DNA of 64,000 nt from Anaerolineaceae bacterium (GCA_034435955.1 DAOTWA010000027.1:16325-80324); one strand, 5' to 3'; positions 9,945 through 20,565 are shown, counted from the first letter of the stretch. Notes: generated by a model from the letters alone, not told the origin. Numbers and translations are program-made.

Positions 9945-10889
9945 TTATGCCTCTTCTTCCACCGCGATAGATGACGGCTCGTCTCGGGTGAGCTGCAAGA
10001 ATATCTCCTCCAGGCTCAGGGTGGCGGCGTGCAAGTCCAGCAGATCGTAGCCGGCCTCGATAACCGCCCGGGCCACGTCCGGGCGTGCATCCCGCCCAGC
10101 TGAGGATTCGAACTCGAGGGAATCCCCGTTGAGTTGGGTGACTTTCAATACACCCGGAACCTTCGAAATGACCGGCAGCAGGCCTTCGGGTTCTCCCCGC
10201 ACTTTCAACACGACGTGTTGAGCTCCGGTCAGGCGCATTTGCAAACGATCGGGGCTGTCTTCAGCCACGATGTGGCCTTTGTTGATGATCAGCACCCGGT
10301 TGCACACCTGCTGAGCCTCCGATAAGATGTGGGTGGACAGCAATACGGTGCGCTCTTTACCAATTTCACGGATCATGTTGCGCACCTCGATGATCTGAGC
10401 CGGATCCAGGCCAATGGTGGGCTCGTCCAGGATCAGGACGTCAGGTTTGTGGAGCAAGGCCTGAGCGAGACCAACGCGCTGACGCATACCCTTGGACAGA
10501 TTCCCGATGTAGCCATCGGATCGCTCTTCCATGTGGACCAGTTCCAGGACTTCGTCCACCCGATCTTCTACGTTCGGCACTTTGCGCAAATCCCCCATAA
10601 ATTTGAGGTATTCGAACACAGTCATGTCCGGATAAAGCGGCACTGTCTCTGGCAGGTAGCCGACGATGCGTCGCACCTCCAGGGACTGCTCCACGACATC
10701 GTAACCTCCCACCTCTGCCTTTCCTGAGGTGGGCGGCATGTACCCGGTAAGAATGCGCATGGTGGTGGTCTTGCCGGCCCCATTTGGGCCCAGAAAACCC
10801 AAAATTTCGCCTTTGACCGCATCGAAGGACAGGTCTTCGATCGCTCGGCGAGGACCATAGTCTTTGGTCAGGCCAGATACACGGATCAT
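9945..10889 (-). CDS. ABC transporter ATP-binding protein (GldA-like)
   Basis: Walker A GPNGAGKTT, signature LSKGMRQR, Walker B LILDEPT, H-loop STH. Start moved from 10982 to ATG 10889 (MIRVSGLTKDYG), which has GAGGAG about 6 nt upstream. Confidence 0.9.
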   Translation of the reverse strand: MIRVSGLTKDYGPRRAIEDLSFDAVKGEILGFLGPNGAGKTTTMRILTGYMPPTSGKAEVGGYDVVEQSLEVRRIVGYLPETVPLYPDMTVFEYLKFMGDLRKVPNVEDRVDEVLELVHMEERSDGYIGNLSKGMRQRVGLAQALLHKPDVLILDEPTIGLDPAQIIEVRNMIREIGKERTVLLSTHILSEAQQVCNRVLIINKGHIVAEDSPDRLQMRLTGAQHVVLKVRGEPEGLLPVISKVPGVLKVTQLNGDSLEFESSAGRDARPDVARAVIEAGYDLLDLHAATLSLEEIFLQLTRDEPSSIAVEEEA

Positions 10890-11117
10890 CCGTATCTCCT
10901 CAAGCTGGACGGCATTTACTTGTCGCAATATTGCATTGTTTGGGAGAGCTGCCTGAAGGCAAGTGCATACACTGCATCCCATAAAGACAACAATAAGTCA
11001 CCTTGGGTCGTTCTCTCCCACAGCCCAAGATGGCCGCATAACACTATACAATAATTCGAGGTTGAAAGTCAATACCTTCCATCATTTCTAATCAAACGCT
11101 AATCTGGCCGTTTGTAA

Positions 11118-11146
11118 TTGACTTTTTTATCAGCCATAAGTACAAT
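11118..11146 (+). promoter_or_regulatory. sigma-70-like promoter upstream of hppA
   Basis: TTGACT (11118-11123), an exact 17-nt spacer, then TACAAT (11141-11146). It lies about 135 nt upstream of the hppA ATG in an AT-rich divergent intergenic region. Confidence 0.4.
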
Positions 11147-11281
11147 AATGGGGTTTTAGCCAATCTGCCTCCAGGAATACAAATATGCGGATGCGCCTTT
11201 CAGAATGGCGAAGAGATGGGGCAGAAAACGGTGGGGTTTTTCATTTTTTAACTCTTAAATAAATCCAATAGCGGAGGGAAT

Positions 11282-13609
11282 ATGAACCTTCTAGGACTCG
11301 CCAGGCATGGGCTCAACGATTTTGAGCAAATTGCCATCCTCGGTGTGCTTGTCACTGCGTTCATAAGCCTGCTGTACGCCTGGCTCTTGCGCGGCAACGT
11401 GCTGCGTAAAGATAAAGGTAGCCAGAAAATGCAGGAAGTGTGGAATGCCATCCGCACCGGTGCCGAGAGCTATCTCACCCGGCAGTTAAAAACCATCCTT
11501 CCCGCCATCGGCCTGCTGACCATCGCCCTCTTCCTGAGCGTGTATATCGTGCCGCCCAGCCAAGAGGCGTTAGAGGAATTTCCAAATAACACGCAGATCA
11601 TCATTGCGGTAGGCCGCACGATCGCGTTCATTATGGGCGCGACTTTTTCCTTGCTGGTAGGCCAGCTCGGTATGCGCATGGCCATCCAGGCCAACGTCCG
11701 CGCTGCTGCCGCTTCGCGACGCGGATTTACCGAAGCGCTTTCGATCGCCTACTACGCGGGCACCATCACCGGAATGCTCACCGACGGCCTTGGCTTGATG
11801 GGTGGGACAATCATCTTTATCGTCTTCGGTAAGGCGGCGCCGGATGCTTTGCTGGGCTTTGGTTTTGGCGGCACTCTCCTGGCGCTGTTCATGCGCGTCG
11901 GCGGCGGCATTTATACCAAGGCGGCCGACGTTGGCGCGGACCTGGTTGGCAAAGTTGAGAAGGATATCCCCGAAGATGATCCTCGCAACGCTGCGGTAGT
12001 GGCCGATCTGGTGGGCGACAACGTAGGCGACTGCGCCGGCATGGCCGCCGACATCTTCGAAAGTTATGAAGTCACCATTGTCTCGGCTCTAATCCTTGGC
12101 CTCGCTCTGGTCTCCGTGGACCCCAACCACGCGCTCAAGTGGATCGTGTATCCATTGATCATCCGCGGCATCGGCGTCATCAGCTCGATTCTCGGCACCT
12201 TCACGGTGCCCATCTGGGAACATTTCCCGCTCAAGTTCCTGCGCGCCCATGATGCCGAAGAAGCGATGTTCCGGTCGTATGAGGTCTCCAGCGTGAACAC
12301 CATCTTTTGGGCGTTCATTGTGGCCATATTTTACGCAGGGGATTGGCGTTTGGCGCTTCTGACCGCCACCGGCGTCGGTTTGGCAGTGGCTTTCAATCCG
12401 CTGACCTCATACTTCACGTCTACAAGAAAGTCGCCTGTCCAGGAGATTGTCAAGGCGACCCGCACCGGTCCAGCGACGACGATCCTTTCCGGGCTTTCGG
12501 TTGGCATGGAATCCAGCGTGTGGGCCCTCATGGTCATCGTGGTCAGCTTCATCATTGGATTGATGCTGTACAGTAGCAACGGCGCCCTTTACGTGCTCTA
12601 CGCCGTGGCTATGATCGGCATCGGCATGCTCAGTCATACCGGTAACAACGTCGCCATGGATTCTTACGGTCCGATTTCCGATAACGCCAACGGCATCGGC
12701 GAGATGGTCTGGCACGACCTTCGCGACCGTGATACTCTCCGCGCGCGCCAAATCATGGCTGACCTGGATGCAGTTGGAAACACGACCAAGGCCATCACCA
12801 AAGGGGTGGCCATTGCATCTGCGGTCATCGCGGCAGTCAGCCTGTTCGCCTCGTTCATCACCGATGTGGGCCGGGCACAAAAGGCAATCGGCGTACCGGT
12901 GATGGATGCCATCCGCGTTTCCGACACGAAGGTGTTCATCGGTCTGTTGATTGGTGGAGCGCTGCCATGGCTGTTCAGCTCGCTGTCCATCCGCGCCGTG
13001 GCACGCGCTGCCGGTCAAATCGTCGAAGAAGTGCGCCACCAGTTCCGCATTCCAGGTTTGATGGAGGGGTTGGTCGAGCCGGATTACGCGCGCGTGGTCG
13101 GCATTTCCACTCGTTCGGCGCAAAAAGAGCTCATCCCCCTGGCGACCATAGCGATCACCTTGCCCCTGCTGGTTGGGCTGATCCTGCAGGTTGAGGCGTT
13201 GGGCGGCTTCCTTGCCGGGGTGATTTTGAGCGGGCAACTCCTGGCCGTATTCATGGCGAACGCCGGCGGTGCCTGGGACAACGCCAAGAAATCCATCGAA
13301 GACGAGCCGCGAGACCTGGTTGCAAATACCGGCAAGGGTTCCGAACGCCACAAAGCCAGCGTGGTAGGCGATACTGTGGGCGACCCGCTGAAAGATACCG
13401 CCGGGCCAGCGCTGAACCCGATGATCAAGGTGGTAAATCTTGTCAGTCTGATCACCGCGCCGATCATCGTGCAGGCCTCTGGCATCAGTGTGGGGCGGGT
13501 GCTCACCATTATAGTCCTAGCCGCCGGCCTGATCTGGGGCATATTCCAGAGTAAGAAACCAGCCCCCGAATTGGAAGTGGCCGAGGAGAGGGCTGCTGTA
13601 GCCCAGTAA
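11282..13609 (+). CDS. hppA: membrane-bound proton/sodium-translocating inorganic pyrophosphatase
   Basis: 775 aa, polytopic. Signature GGIYTKAADVGADLVGKVEKDIPEDDPRNAAVVADLVGDNVGDCAGMAADIFESY, plus DNAKKSIE and GDTVGDPLKDTAGPALN. GGAGGG Shine-Dalgarno upstream. Confidence 0.95.
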   Translation: MNLLGLARHGLNDFEQIAILGVLVTAFISLLYAWLLRGNVLRKDKGSQKMQEVWNAIRTGAESYLTRQLKTILPAIGLLTIALFLSVYIVPPSQEALEEFPNNTQIIIAVGRTIAFIMGATFSLLVGQLGMRMAIQANVRAAAASRRGFTEALSIAYYAGTITGMLTDGLGLMGGTIIFIVFGKAAPDALLGFGFGGTLLALFMRVGGGIYTKAADVGADLVGKVEKDIPEDDPRNAAVVADLVGDNVGDCAGMAADIFESYEVTIVSALILGLALVSVDPNHALKWIVYPLIIRGIGVISSILGTFTVPIWEHFPLKFLRAHDAEEAMFRSYEVSSVNTIFWAFIVAIFYAGDWRLALLTATGVGLAVAFNPLTSYFTSTRKSPVQEIVKATRTGPATTILSGLSVGMESSVWALMVIVVSFIIGLMLYSSNGALYVLYAVAMIGIGMLSHTGNNVAMDSYGPISDNANGIGEMVWHDLRDRDTLRARQIMADLDAVGNTTKAITKGVAIASAVIAAVSLFASFITDVGRAQKAIGVPVMDAIRVSDTKVFIGLLIGGALPWLFSSLSIRAVARAAGQIVEEVRHQFRIPGLMEGLVEPDYARVVGISTRSAQKELIPLATIAITLPLLVGLILQVEALGGFLAGVILSGQLLAVFMANAGGAWDNAKKSIEDEPRDLVANTGKGSERHKASVVGDTVGDPLKDTAGPALNPMIKVVNLVSLITAPIIVQASGISVGRVLTIIVLAAGLIWGIFQSKKPAPELEVAEERAAVAQ

Positions 13610-13612
13610 TCG

Positions 13613-13648
13613 AAAATTCAGGAGGCGGGCAACCGCCTCCTGAATTTT
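13613..13648. terminator. bidirectional intrinsic terminator between convergent hppA and a GT-C gene
   Basis: Perfect 16-bp stem aaaattcaggaggcgg / ccgcctcctgaatttt around the loop gcaa. Both arms end in A/T runs, so it can serve both convergent genes. Confidence 0.7.
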
Positions 13649-14976
13649 TATTCCGGTTTATGGCCGCTGCCAAGGGGCAGCCTGGCCGCAGCTCTTGCCG
13701 CCAGACGAACCAAACGGTCGATGCCAATTGCGGAGAACAGACAGGCGAACGGAACCAGCGGCGTCGCATAGCGCTGGAATGGAACGGGTATGGTGGCAGC
13801 CAGGAGGGCGAATTGGGACAGCCCGGCAGCCGCCACGACGACGGCCTGGCGGAGTCTTTCCCCTTGACCGAAGAACGCCTCTAATATATATACGGCGACC
13901 CCGAAAAGGGTGAGAAAAAAGATCAGGCTCCCGCCGAGCGAGCTGCGCAAGAGATCGTTGATGGGATTGGAAAGGTAAAGCTCGGCTGAAACAGCCGTTT
14001 CTTCCACGTAATTCCCCACATCGGCTATGGCTGGGGGAGTGAAGTAAAGGTTGGCGATTAAAGCCAGTCCGCGATCCACTGGTGTGGATAACAACTGATT
14101 CGGAGCGATGCTGCCGATCGTGTCGTACTGACTCCGAGTGAATGACTGACGCAGGCGAAGCGCGTCCAGAGCCGCCGGGATTGGATCGGACCACAAAAAG
14201 GGATTGAGGACCGCGGTCACCAGAAAGAAAACGCCCAGAAATCCCGCCCAGCGCTCACTGGCCCAACAAATCCGATTTTTCGCAGGGGGCGAGGCCCAGG
14301 CCAACGCAAGGATGCCTGCCGGGAGCAACCCTGCGGCCGATTGTTTGGCGTTGAAAGCCAGCGCCAGCGCCAGGCCGATGAGCCAGCCGGGGCTTTTGGT
14401 GCGAGAAAGCGCCCAAATTGTGAGCGTGACGCCAAAGATGAGTGCGCTTTCTGCCATTGCGCGGCGCGTGTGCAGCAGAATCAGAGCGTTGGTGGCGGTC
14501 AGGAGCGCGGCCAACAGGCCGGCAGGTCCGCCGACCAGGGCCTTTCCGGTCAGATAGGTGAACAAGAGCGTCAAAGGAAACAGGGATGCGACTGCGAATC
14601 GGGCGGCGTCCAGTTGAGATGGCGTCGGCACCGCGCCTGCCATGCTATTTTCTTTCCAGCCCAACGACCAATCCCAATCCATAGCCAGCGCCGGCTGGCC
14701 GGTAGCCATCCGGCCTGCGCCGATCAGGTAGCGCGTCAGGGGTGCGTCCAGCAACCGGTAACGCTGGCGCAGATCTCCGTCCTCACCAGGCTGCCATACC
14801 AGCGTCAGGGGGCGGGTCAATAATGCCTCGAAATCTGCGCTCATGAATAGCTGGGTGCTTTCATCGGGGTGGAAAGGCACCGCTTTCAAACCCCAGAAAT
14901 AGAACAGACTGGAGGCGACCAGCAGCACGGCAAAGAGGCGATCCCAGATGCTGAAACGCTTCAAAATCATGATCAC
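13648..14976 (-). CDS. polytopic membrane protein, GT-C fold glycosyltransferase-like (PMT_2/ArnT-like), paralogue 1
   Basis: 442 aa with many hydrophobic helices. Acidic motif right after TM1: KAVPFHPDESTQLF. Confidence 0.6.
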   Translation of the reverse strand: MIMILKRFSIWDRLFAVLLVASSLFYFWGLKAVPFHPDESTQLFMSADFEALLTRPLTLVWQPGEDGDLRQRYRLLDAPLTRYLIGAGRMATGQPALAMDWDWSLGWKENSMAGAVPTPSQLDAARFAVASLFPLTLLFTYLTGKALVGGPAGLLAALLTATNALILLHTRRAMAESALIFGVTLTIWALSRTKSPGWLIGLALALAFNAKQSAAGLLPAGILALAWASPPAKNRICWASERWAGFLGVFFLVTAVLNPFLWSDPIPAALDALRLRQSFTRSQYDTIGSIAPNQLLSTPVDRGLALIANLYFTPPAIADVGNYVEETAVSAELYLSNPINDLLRSSLGGSLIFFLTLFGVAVYILEAFFGQGERLRQAVVVAAAGLSQFALLAATIPVPFQRYATPLVPFACLFSAIGIDRLVRLAARAAARLPLGSGHKPE

Positions 14977-15060
14977 TCTTCCCGGTTAGATTTCGCGTTT
15001 GTTTTCTAACCGATCCCGGCTAAAATATTATATACGCTGCTTTCCAGGACGAATGACGAA

Positions 15061-16755
15061 ATGAGAGCCATTTTCCGATTTGTCCGGCACCGACTCAACC
15101 CGGAGGTGGCGGGCCTTTTGCTGGCTTTCGCGCTGGCGATGGCGGTGAAGGCGATACCGGTTATCACTGATCGGGTGCCCTTTAACGCCGACGAAGCGAT
15201 TGTCGCGCTCATGGCCCGCCACATTCTGCAGGGGGAGAGGCCGGTTTTCTTCTATGGTCAGACATACATGGGAAGTCTGGATGCATTCCTGGTAGCAGGG
15301 GGGTTCGTCATTTTTGGGCAGCAGATATGGGTGATCCGTCTGGTGCAGGCGGTGTTGTATTTGGGCACGTTATGGACCACATATCTGCTGGGGAAAGCCA
15401 TATTTGGCTCTCCACGCAGCGGGATGATCGCGGTTCTGTTGCTGGCGGTGCCGGTTGTAAATGTGGCGCTTTACACGACGGTCAGCCTGGGCGGGTATGG
15501 TGAGGCGCTGCTGCTTGGCAATTTGATTTTGTTATGCGCGTTGCGCATAGCCAATTATAGCTTTTATTTTTCAGCAGATATCCAGACCACTCATGTTAAT
15601 GCTGCTCCTTCCACCTTCTCAATAATGATCCCGGTTTTTTTATGGTCGGTATTTGCGGGCTTAGGCTTGTGGGCGCTGGCTATCACCCTGGTCTACACCC
15701 TGCCGGCTGCTGGTCTGATAATCGTCCGGTATTGGCAGAATCGAACGCATATTCCATGGCGCTTATTGATCAGGCTAATTTTCCTGGGATTGGTCGGTTT
15801 TGCCATCGGCGCCTTCCCGCTCTGGAATTACGCACTTCACCACGGAATTGCTGAGCTGCTCTTTGAAACCGGCGGAGGAGCGGTGAACATCTCTCAAAGT
15901 CCCTATTTCGAGCAGGTCATCGGGCGTTTGCTCAATTTCGTCCTGTTGGGTGGTACGGCCACCCTTGGTTTGCGCCCACCTTGGGAAGTGCGCTGGCTGG
16001 CGCTGCCATTAATCCCGTTCATCCTCCTTTTTTGGGCTGCGGTCATCAACCTGACGGCGCGTAAACTGCGCAGATTAGGCCGGCCAGAGCGACAGTTTTC
16101 CTGGATGCTGATCGCCATGATCGGGGTGCTGGCTGCCGCCTTCATACTCACACCCTTTGGCAACGATCCTTCGGGGCGCTATTTTCTCCCCCTGGCCCTG
16201 CCCCTGGCGCTGTTCGCCGGGGATGCGATCCGCACATACCCGTTCCCCAAAGAAATATGGCGTTGGGCGGTAGTGGTTTTTGTGATGGCTTTCAACGGCA
16301 TCGGGATTATCCAATGCGCCTTGCGGCTGCCTCCGGGCATAACCACTCAATTCGATCTAAACACGGTTGTGGATCACCGTTACGATCAGCAGTTGATTGA
16401 TTTCTTAGATACCCAGGGCGAAACGCGAGGTTTCAGCAATTATTGGGTGGCTTACCCACTCGCCTTCTTGAGCCAGGAACGCCTGATCTTCGTACCCCGG
16501 CTGCCCTATCATCTCGATCTAAGCTATACACCGCGCGACGACCGTTACGCGCCCTACGATCAGATCGTGAAGAGCAGTTCGAAGGTGGCCTACATCACCA
16601 TCAACCGTGGGTCGCTCGACTCTTACTTGCGATCGGCGTTCAGCCGTGCAGGCGTGCAATGGGACGAGAAGCTAATCGGTGATTATCGGATTTATTACCA
16701 TCTCTCGAAGTCCATCCAGCCGGAGGAAATTGGTCTAGGGCTTGCAACGCCTTGA
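15061..16755 (+). CDS. polytopic membrane glycosyltransferase, family 39 / PMT_2-like, paralogue 2
   Basis: 564 aa. DRVPFNADEAIVALMARHILQGERPVFFYGQTYMGSLDAFL after TM1 resembles the DE loop of ArnT/PMT-type GT-C enzymes. Many TM helices and a soluble C-terminal domain. Confidence 0.7.
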   Translation: MRAIFRFVRHRLNPEVAGLLLAFALAMAVKAIPVITDRVPFNADEAIVALMARHILQGERPVFFYGQTYMGSLDAFLVAGGFVIFGQQIWVIRLVQAVLYLGTLWTTYLLGKAIFGSPRSGMIAVLLLAVPVVNVALYTTVSLGGYGEALLLGNLILLCALRIANYSFYFSADIQTTHVNAAPSTFSIMIPVFLWSVFAGLGLWALAITLVYTLPAAGLIIVRYWQNRTHIPWRLLIRLIFLGLVGFAIGAFPLWNYALHHGIAELLFETGGGAVNISQSPYFEQVIGRLLNFVLLGGTATLGLRPPWEVRWLALPLIPFILLFWAAVINLTARKLRRLGRPERQFSWMLIAMIGVLAAAFILTPFGNDPSGRYFLPLALPLALFAGDAIRTYPFPKEIWRWAVVVFVMAFNGIGIIQCALRLPPGITTQFDLNTVVDHRYDQQLIDFLDTQGETRGFSNYWVAYPLAFLSQERLIFVPRLPYHLDLSYTPRDDRYAPYDQIVKSSSKVAYITINRGSLDSYLRSAFSRAGVQWDEKLIGDYRIYYHLSKSIQPEEIGLGLATP

Positions 16756-16803
16756 GACATGCGTGTGGAGAGGCCTGTATTTTTGATTCATTGAGAACCA
16801 TTG

Positions 16804-18318
16804 ATGTCCACCCGGTCCATTTCTGAGCCTGTTCCATCCCGGTCTACCGGCTCTGGCTTCATTCTTGGCGCAGCGATGATTTTGGTTTTCGCCATGGCTG
16901 CCCGCACGGCTGTGGACAGTGATATGTGGTGGCACCTGCGGGCCGGCGAGCAGACCGTCTCGTCCGGCCGGATCGTCCTGCAGGATGATTTTTCCTACAC
17001 CCGGGCCGGAGCCGCCTGGACAAATCACTCCTGGCTGGCGCAGGTGGGGATGTACCTGGTATTCCATTGGGGCGGTTATGTGGGTCTGGGGGTTCTGGTG
17101 GCTTCACTGGCGACCCTGAGCATGTTCCTGGTATACCAGCAACTCCTTGGGCCGCCGATTTTGCGGGCTTTCATCATCCTGCTGGCAACATTGGTAGCTG
17201 CCCTGGTGTGGTCCCCACGTCCGCAATTAGGGAGCCTTGTGCTCTTCGCTCTGGCGGGATATCTCTTATATCTTTATAAATGGAAACGGGTTGATCGGCT
17301 GTGGGCATCGGTGCCAGTTTTCGCATTATGGTCCAATCTGCACGCCGGATACGTGTTAGGCCTGCTTTTAATCGGCGCGTTCCTATCCGGCGAGCTGCTG
17401 AATCATCTGCTTGCTTACCAGGACGAGGATGTGTTGTCGTGGAAGCGCATCCTCCGCCTCCTGGTATGGACATTGGGAGCCAGTCTGGCGGTGCTGCTCA
17501 ATCCGAATGGCCTGCAGACCTGGCTGGTGCCGTTTCGCACCGTGGAGGTCAATGCGCTTCAAAACCTGATCTCTGAATGGGCTTCACCGAACTTCCACGA
17601 GCTTGCCCAGCAGCCCTTTATCTGGATGTTGCTGCTGACCTTGGCAGCGGTCGGCTTCTCCGCGCGGCGATTGGATGGAAGCGACCTGGCGGTTCTCGGT
17701 CTGTTTGCCTATCTGGCTCTGATGGCCCGGCGGAATTTTGGTCCATTTGCTTTGGCCACCGCTCCGATCCTCTCGCGCCACCTGTGGCCGGCTCTCCAGA
17801 CGTGGTGGAGCCGCGTCCTGCCATACCTGCCCATTAGCTGGCGCTCGATATTCAAACCGCGGCCACTGAAAGTGAAACCTGCGCTGCAGCGATCGGTAAA
17901 TGTACTGATTTTAGTGATCCTGGCGGCGGCTGCCGGTGAAAAGCTCTATCTAGCCAATTCATCATCCTTCATCAATAAAGCAATTTCCGAGTTGTATCCC
18001 CAGGGCGCGGTGGAGTGGGTGCGCGCCAACCACCCAGCGGGCAGGCTTTTCAACAGTTACAATTGGGGCGGCTATCTGATTTGGTGGCTGCGCGATTATC
18101 CGGTCTTCCTGGATGGTCGCACCGATCTTTACAACGATGAGATCATCGGCCAATGGGTCCGAGTGGTCGCGGGCGATTCGGGCTGGCAGGCCATTCTGGA
18201 GCGTTGGGGTGTGCGCCTGGTGCTTCTCGAGCCAGATCAGCCGCTTGTCCGTCTGCTGCCAGCCGCTGGTTGGAAATTACTCTACCAGGACAATCATTCG
18301 GTCCTGTACGGACGTTAA
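16804..18318 (+). CDS. polytopic membrane protein, GT-C-like, paralogue 3
   Basis: 504 aa counted from ATG 16804; the track M1 is TTG 16801. Motif ARTAVDSDMWWHLRAGEQTV after TM1, about 10 or more hydrophobic helices, and a C-terminal soluble domain. Confidence 0.5.
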   Translation: MSTRSISEPVPSRSTGSGFILGAAMILVFAMAARTAVDSDMWWHLRAGEQTVSSGRIVLQDDFSYTRAGAAWTNHSWLAQVGMYLVFHWGGYVGLGVLVASLATLSMFLVYQQLLGPPILRAFIILLATLVAALVWSPRPQLGSLVLFALAGYLLYLYKWKRVDRLWASVPVFALWSNLHAGYVLGLLLIGAFLSGELLNHLLAYQDEDVLSWKRILRLLVWTLGASLAVLLNPNGLQTWLVPFRTVEVNALQNLISEWASPNFHELAQQPFIWMLLLTLAAVGFSARRLDGSDLAVLGLFAYLALMARRNFGPFALATAPILSRHLWPALQTWWSRVLPYLPISWRSIFKPRPLKVKPALQRSVNVLILVILAAAAGEKLYLANSSSFINKAISELYPQGAVEWVRANHPAGRLFNSYNWGGYLIWWLRDYPVFLDGRTDLYNDEIIGQWVRVVAGDSGWQAILERWGVRLVLLEPDQPLVRLLPAAGWKLLYQDNHSVLYGR

Positions 18319-18332
18319 CAATCCATTGGAGC

Positions 18333-19118
18333 TCAGCCGTAAAGATCCAGGCGTCTGTCCTGAAGGATGGGGATGCGCTTTCGGGTTCGTTCGACCTCTT
18401 CCAGATCGAGCTCAGCGGTAAACAGGGCTTCCTGGTCTCCCCCTTCAGTGATGGCGCGTCCCTGCGGATCGATCACCGCACTGGCGCCGCCAAAAATTTC
18501 GCCTCTGCTCTCGCCCACCCGATTGACACCCGCCATGAAGAGCTGGTTTTCGATGGCGCGTGCGCGCAGCAGAGTGCGCCATGCCTCCAGGCGTGAAGCC
18601 GGCCACTCGGCGGGCATCAGTACGAGCAGAGCTCCTTCAGCGGCATAGCGACGGAACATCTCTGGGAAGCGCAGGTCGTAGCAGATAGCCAGGCCGGTGC
18701 GGCCCCATGGAAGGCTTGCATTGACGAGGGTTCCTCCGGGTGAGAGCCAGAGGTGTTCATCCATCAGGCGGAAGAGGTGCACTTTTCGATATGTTGCAAG
18801 CAGGCTTCCATTTGAATCGTAAAGAACGAATGTGTTGTACACCTTCCTGCTATCCAGCTCGAGGGATGAACCGCCCAGGGCGATGGCATGTTCACGCGCC
18901 AGGGACGCCATGCGCTGAAATGTCCCTTCGCCGAGCGGGGAGGCCAGCTCGGCAGCGTGCTCGAGTGCGTAGCCGCTCGTCCAAAGTTCGGGCAGTAGGG
19001 CCAGATCGCTGCCAAGGTGGACCGCCTCGCCGACAAAAGCAGCGGCTCTTTCGAAGTTTTCCTGGGGTTGTCCCAGGTAGACATCCATCTGGATGAGAGA
19101 GATTTGAAGATGTGTCAT
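18333..19118 (-). CDS. carbon-nitrogen hydrolase family protein (nitrilase/omega-amidase-like), soluble
   Basis: Glu-Lys-Cys triad contexts: LALLPELW, YRKVHLF, GLAICYDLRFPE. Start moved to ATG 19118 (MTHLQISLIQMD) with AGGAG upstream. The 38-aa N-terminal extension in the track is unsupported. Confidence 0.85.
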   Translation of the reverse strand: MTHLQISLIQMDVYLGQPQENFERAAAFVGEAVHLGSDLALLPELWTSGYALEHAAELASPLGEGTFQRMASLAREHAIALGGSSLELDSRKVYNTFVLYDSNGSLLATYRKVHLFRLMDEHLWLSPGGTLVNASLPWGRTGLAICYDLRFPEMFRRYAAEGALLVLMPAEWPASRLEAWRTLLRARAIENQLFMAGVNRVGESRGEIFGGASAVIDPQGRAITEGGDQEALFTAELDLEEVERTRKRIPILQDRRLDLYG

Positions 19119-19219
19119 TGCGAGCTCCTGGTCTATTATAGACTGTAACGGGTTGGTGTGGTTGACCTGATATCTGAATGCATGTACAATCCGGAGCACG
19201 CCCCTGATGTTGCCATGAA

Positions 19220-20521
19220 ATGGGTTCATCAATTCTCACCATCTTGGAAGGAGAACTTCCCTTGCAAGGGTCACGTACTTCATGGATGCCCATAGTCCTT
19301 ATCGTTGCTATCTTAGCGGCTCTGGCCGGCCTCACCTGGGTTAATTACCGCTTTTCTATTCAAAACCCGGGTGGAAACGACTTCCTGGCACGCTGGAATG
19401 GCGCACACTTCTGGCTGGTGGAAGGGGTGAGCCCTTATGATCCGCAGGTTGGCAAGGCGGCGCAGCAAATGATTTATGGCCGGCCGGCCGATCCGTCCAG
19501 GAATGAGGACGCTGCCTTATTCGTCTATCCACTGTTCTCGATGGTCTTCTTCGGACCGTTTGGTCTGCTGGACTACACCCTGGCGCGCGCCTTGTGGATG
19601 ACCCTGCTCGAGGTTGCTCTGGTTTTATTGAGTGTGGTGAGCTTGCGTATGGCCGGATGGAAGCTATCTAGCCTGGGCGTTGGTATCGTATTCCTGGCCA
19701 GCCTGTTGTGGTACAACGGCGCGCGCACGATCATCCTGGGCCAGTTCTCCGGGTTGAACGCCCTTTTGATGGCCGCGGCCGTCTATTTTATTTGGCGCGG
19801 TTACGACTTCGGACCGGGCATCCTTCTGGCGCTCTCGCTTTCCAAACCTCAGATGAGCTTTCTGCTCGCCCCATTTGTTCTTCTGTGGGCGCTTTCAGTG
19901 AAACGCTACCGTCTGTTGCTGTCTTTTTTGGGAGCCTTCGGGCTCTTAATGCTGGCTACCCTGGCGTTGATTCCGGATTGGCCTTTGCAGTGGCTTCGCG
20001 AGCTCGTGGCCTACCCCGAATACACCGGGCGCATCGGTTCGGTCGTCTCGGTGGTGGCCAATGCCATGCCGGGCATTGGCAAACCGGTATCGCTATTCCT
20101 TTATGCATTATTCGGTCTTTATCTATTATACGAGTGGGTGCGGGTGTGGGGCCGTGATGCGAATTCGTTCCTGTGGACTGCCATGATGACCCTGGTCGTT
20201 ACCAATATTGTTGCTCCGCGCACGGCAACCCCCCATTACGTGGCTTTGCTGCCGGTCGTCTTCATGCTATTCAGCGCCTGGCAGGAGCGGTGGGGTAGAG
20301 CCGGACGGGTCTTGGAATGGTTGCTGGCTTTGCTGCTGGTTGTCGGTCAATGGGCGTTGTTTCTGGCGACGGTGAAAGGCAATGAGGAGGCGGCGGTGAT
20401 GTATCTGCCGATCCCGATCCTATGTTTGTTAGGATTATGGTGGGTGCGCTGGTGGCTGGTGCGGCCGCCAAAGCTCCTGTACGAGCAGCTTCTCGAAATC
20501 GAAGGGCGGAAAGTGCAGTAG
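19220..20521 (+). CDS. polytopic membrane glycosyltransferase, GT87/DUF2029-like, paralogue 4
   Basis: 433 aa. QNPGGNDFLARWNGAHFWLVEGVSPYD after TM1 resembles the DUF2029 (PimE-type mannosyltransferase) N-terminal motif. Start could instead be Met23 (19286). Confidence 0.6.
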   Translation: MGSSILTILEGELPLQGSRTSWMPIVLIVAILAALAGLTWVNYRFSIQNPGGNDFLARWNGAHFWLVEGVSPYDPQVGKAAQQMIYGRPADPSRNEDAALFVYPLFSMVFFGPFGLLDYTLARALWMTLLEVALVLLSVVSLRMAGWKLSSLGVGIVFLASLLWYNGARTIILGQFSGLNALLMAAAVYFIWRGYDFGPGILLALSLSKPQMSFLLAPFVLLWALSVKRYRLLLSFLGAFGLLMLATLALIPDWPLQWLRELVAYPEYTGRIGSVVSVVANAMPGIGKPVSLFLYALFGLYLLYEWVRVWGRDANSFLWTAMMTLVVTNIVAPRTATPHYVALLPVVFMLFSAWQERWGRAGRVLEWLLALLLVVGQWALFLATVKGNEEAAVMYLPIPILCLLGLWWVRWWLVRPPKLLYEQLLEIEGRKVQ

Positions 20522-20565
20522 GTAAAGGCGTGCTACGGGGGCGGATCTTTCTCAAGAGCAAGCAA

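Noticed and set aside
12407-13351. 314-aa ORF antisense to hppA, plus other antisense ORFs at 12664-12990 and 13084-13542.
   Set aside because: It lies fully inside a strongly supported, motif-rich pyrophosphatase gene. The product is Arg/His/Gly-rich with no recognisable domain, which is typical of antisense open frames in GC-rich DNA.
18333-19118. The C-N hydrolase inside the GT-C array as an Lnt-like apolipoprotein N-acyltransferase. Lnt is fused or linked to polyprenol-phosphate-mannose synthase in mycobacteria.
   Set aside because: The protein is about 261 aa with no hydrophobic helices, whereas Lnt has multiple TM segments. It looks like a soluble Nit/omega-amidase-type enzyme and is transcribed antisense to the array.
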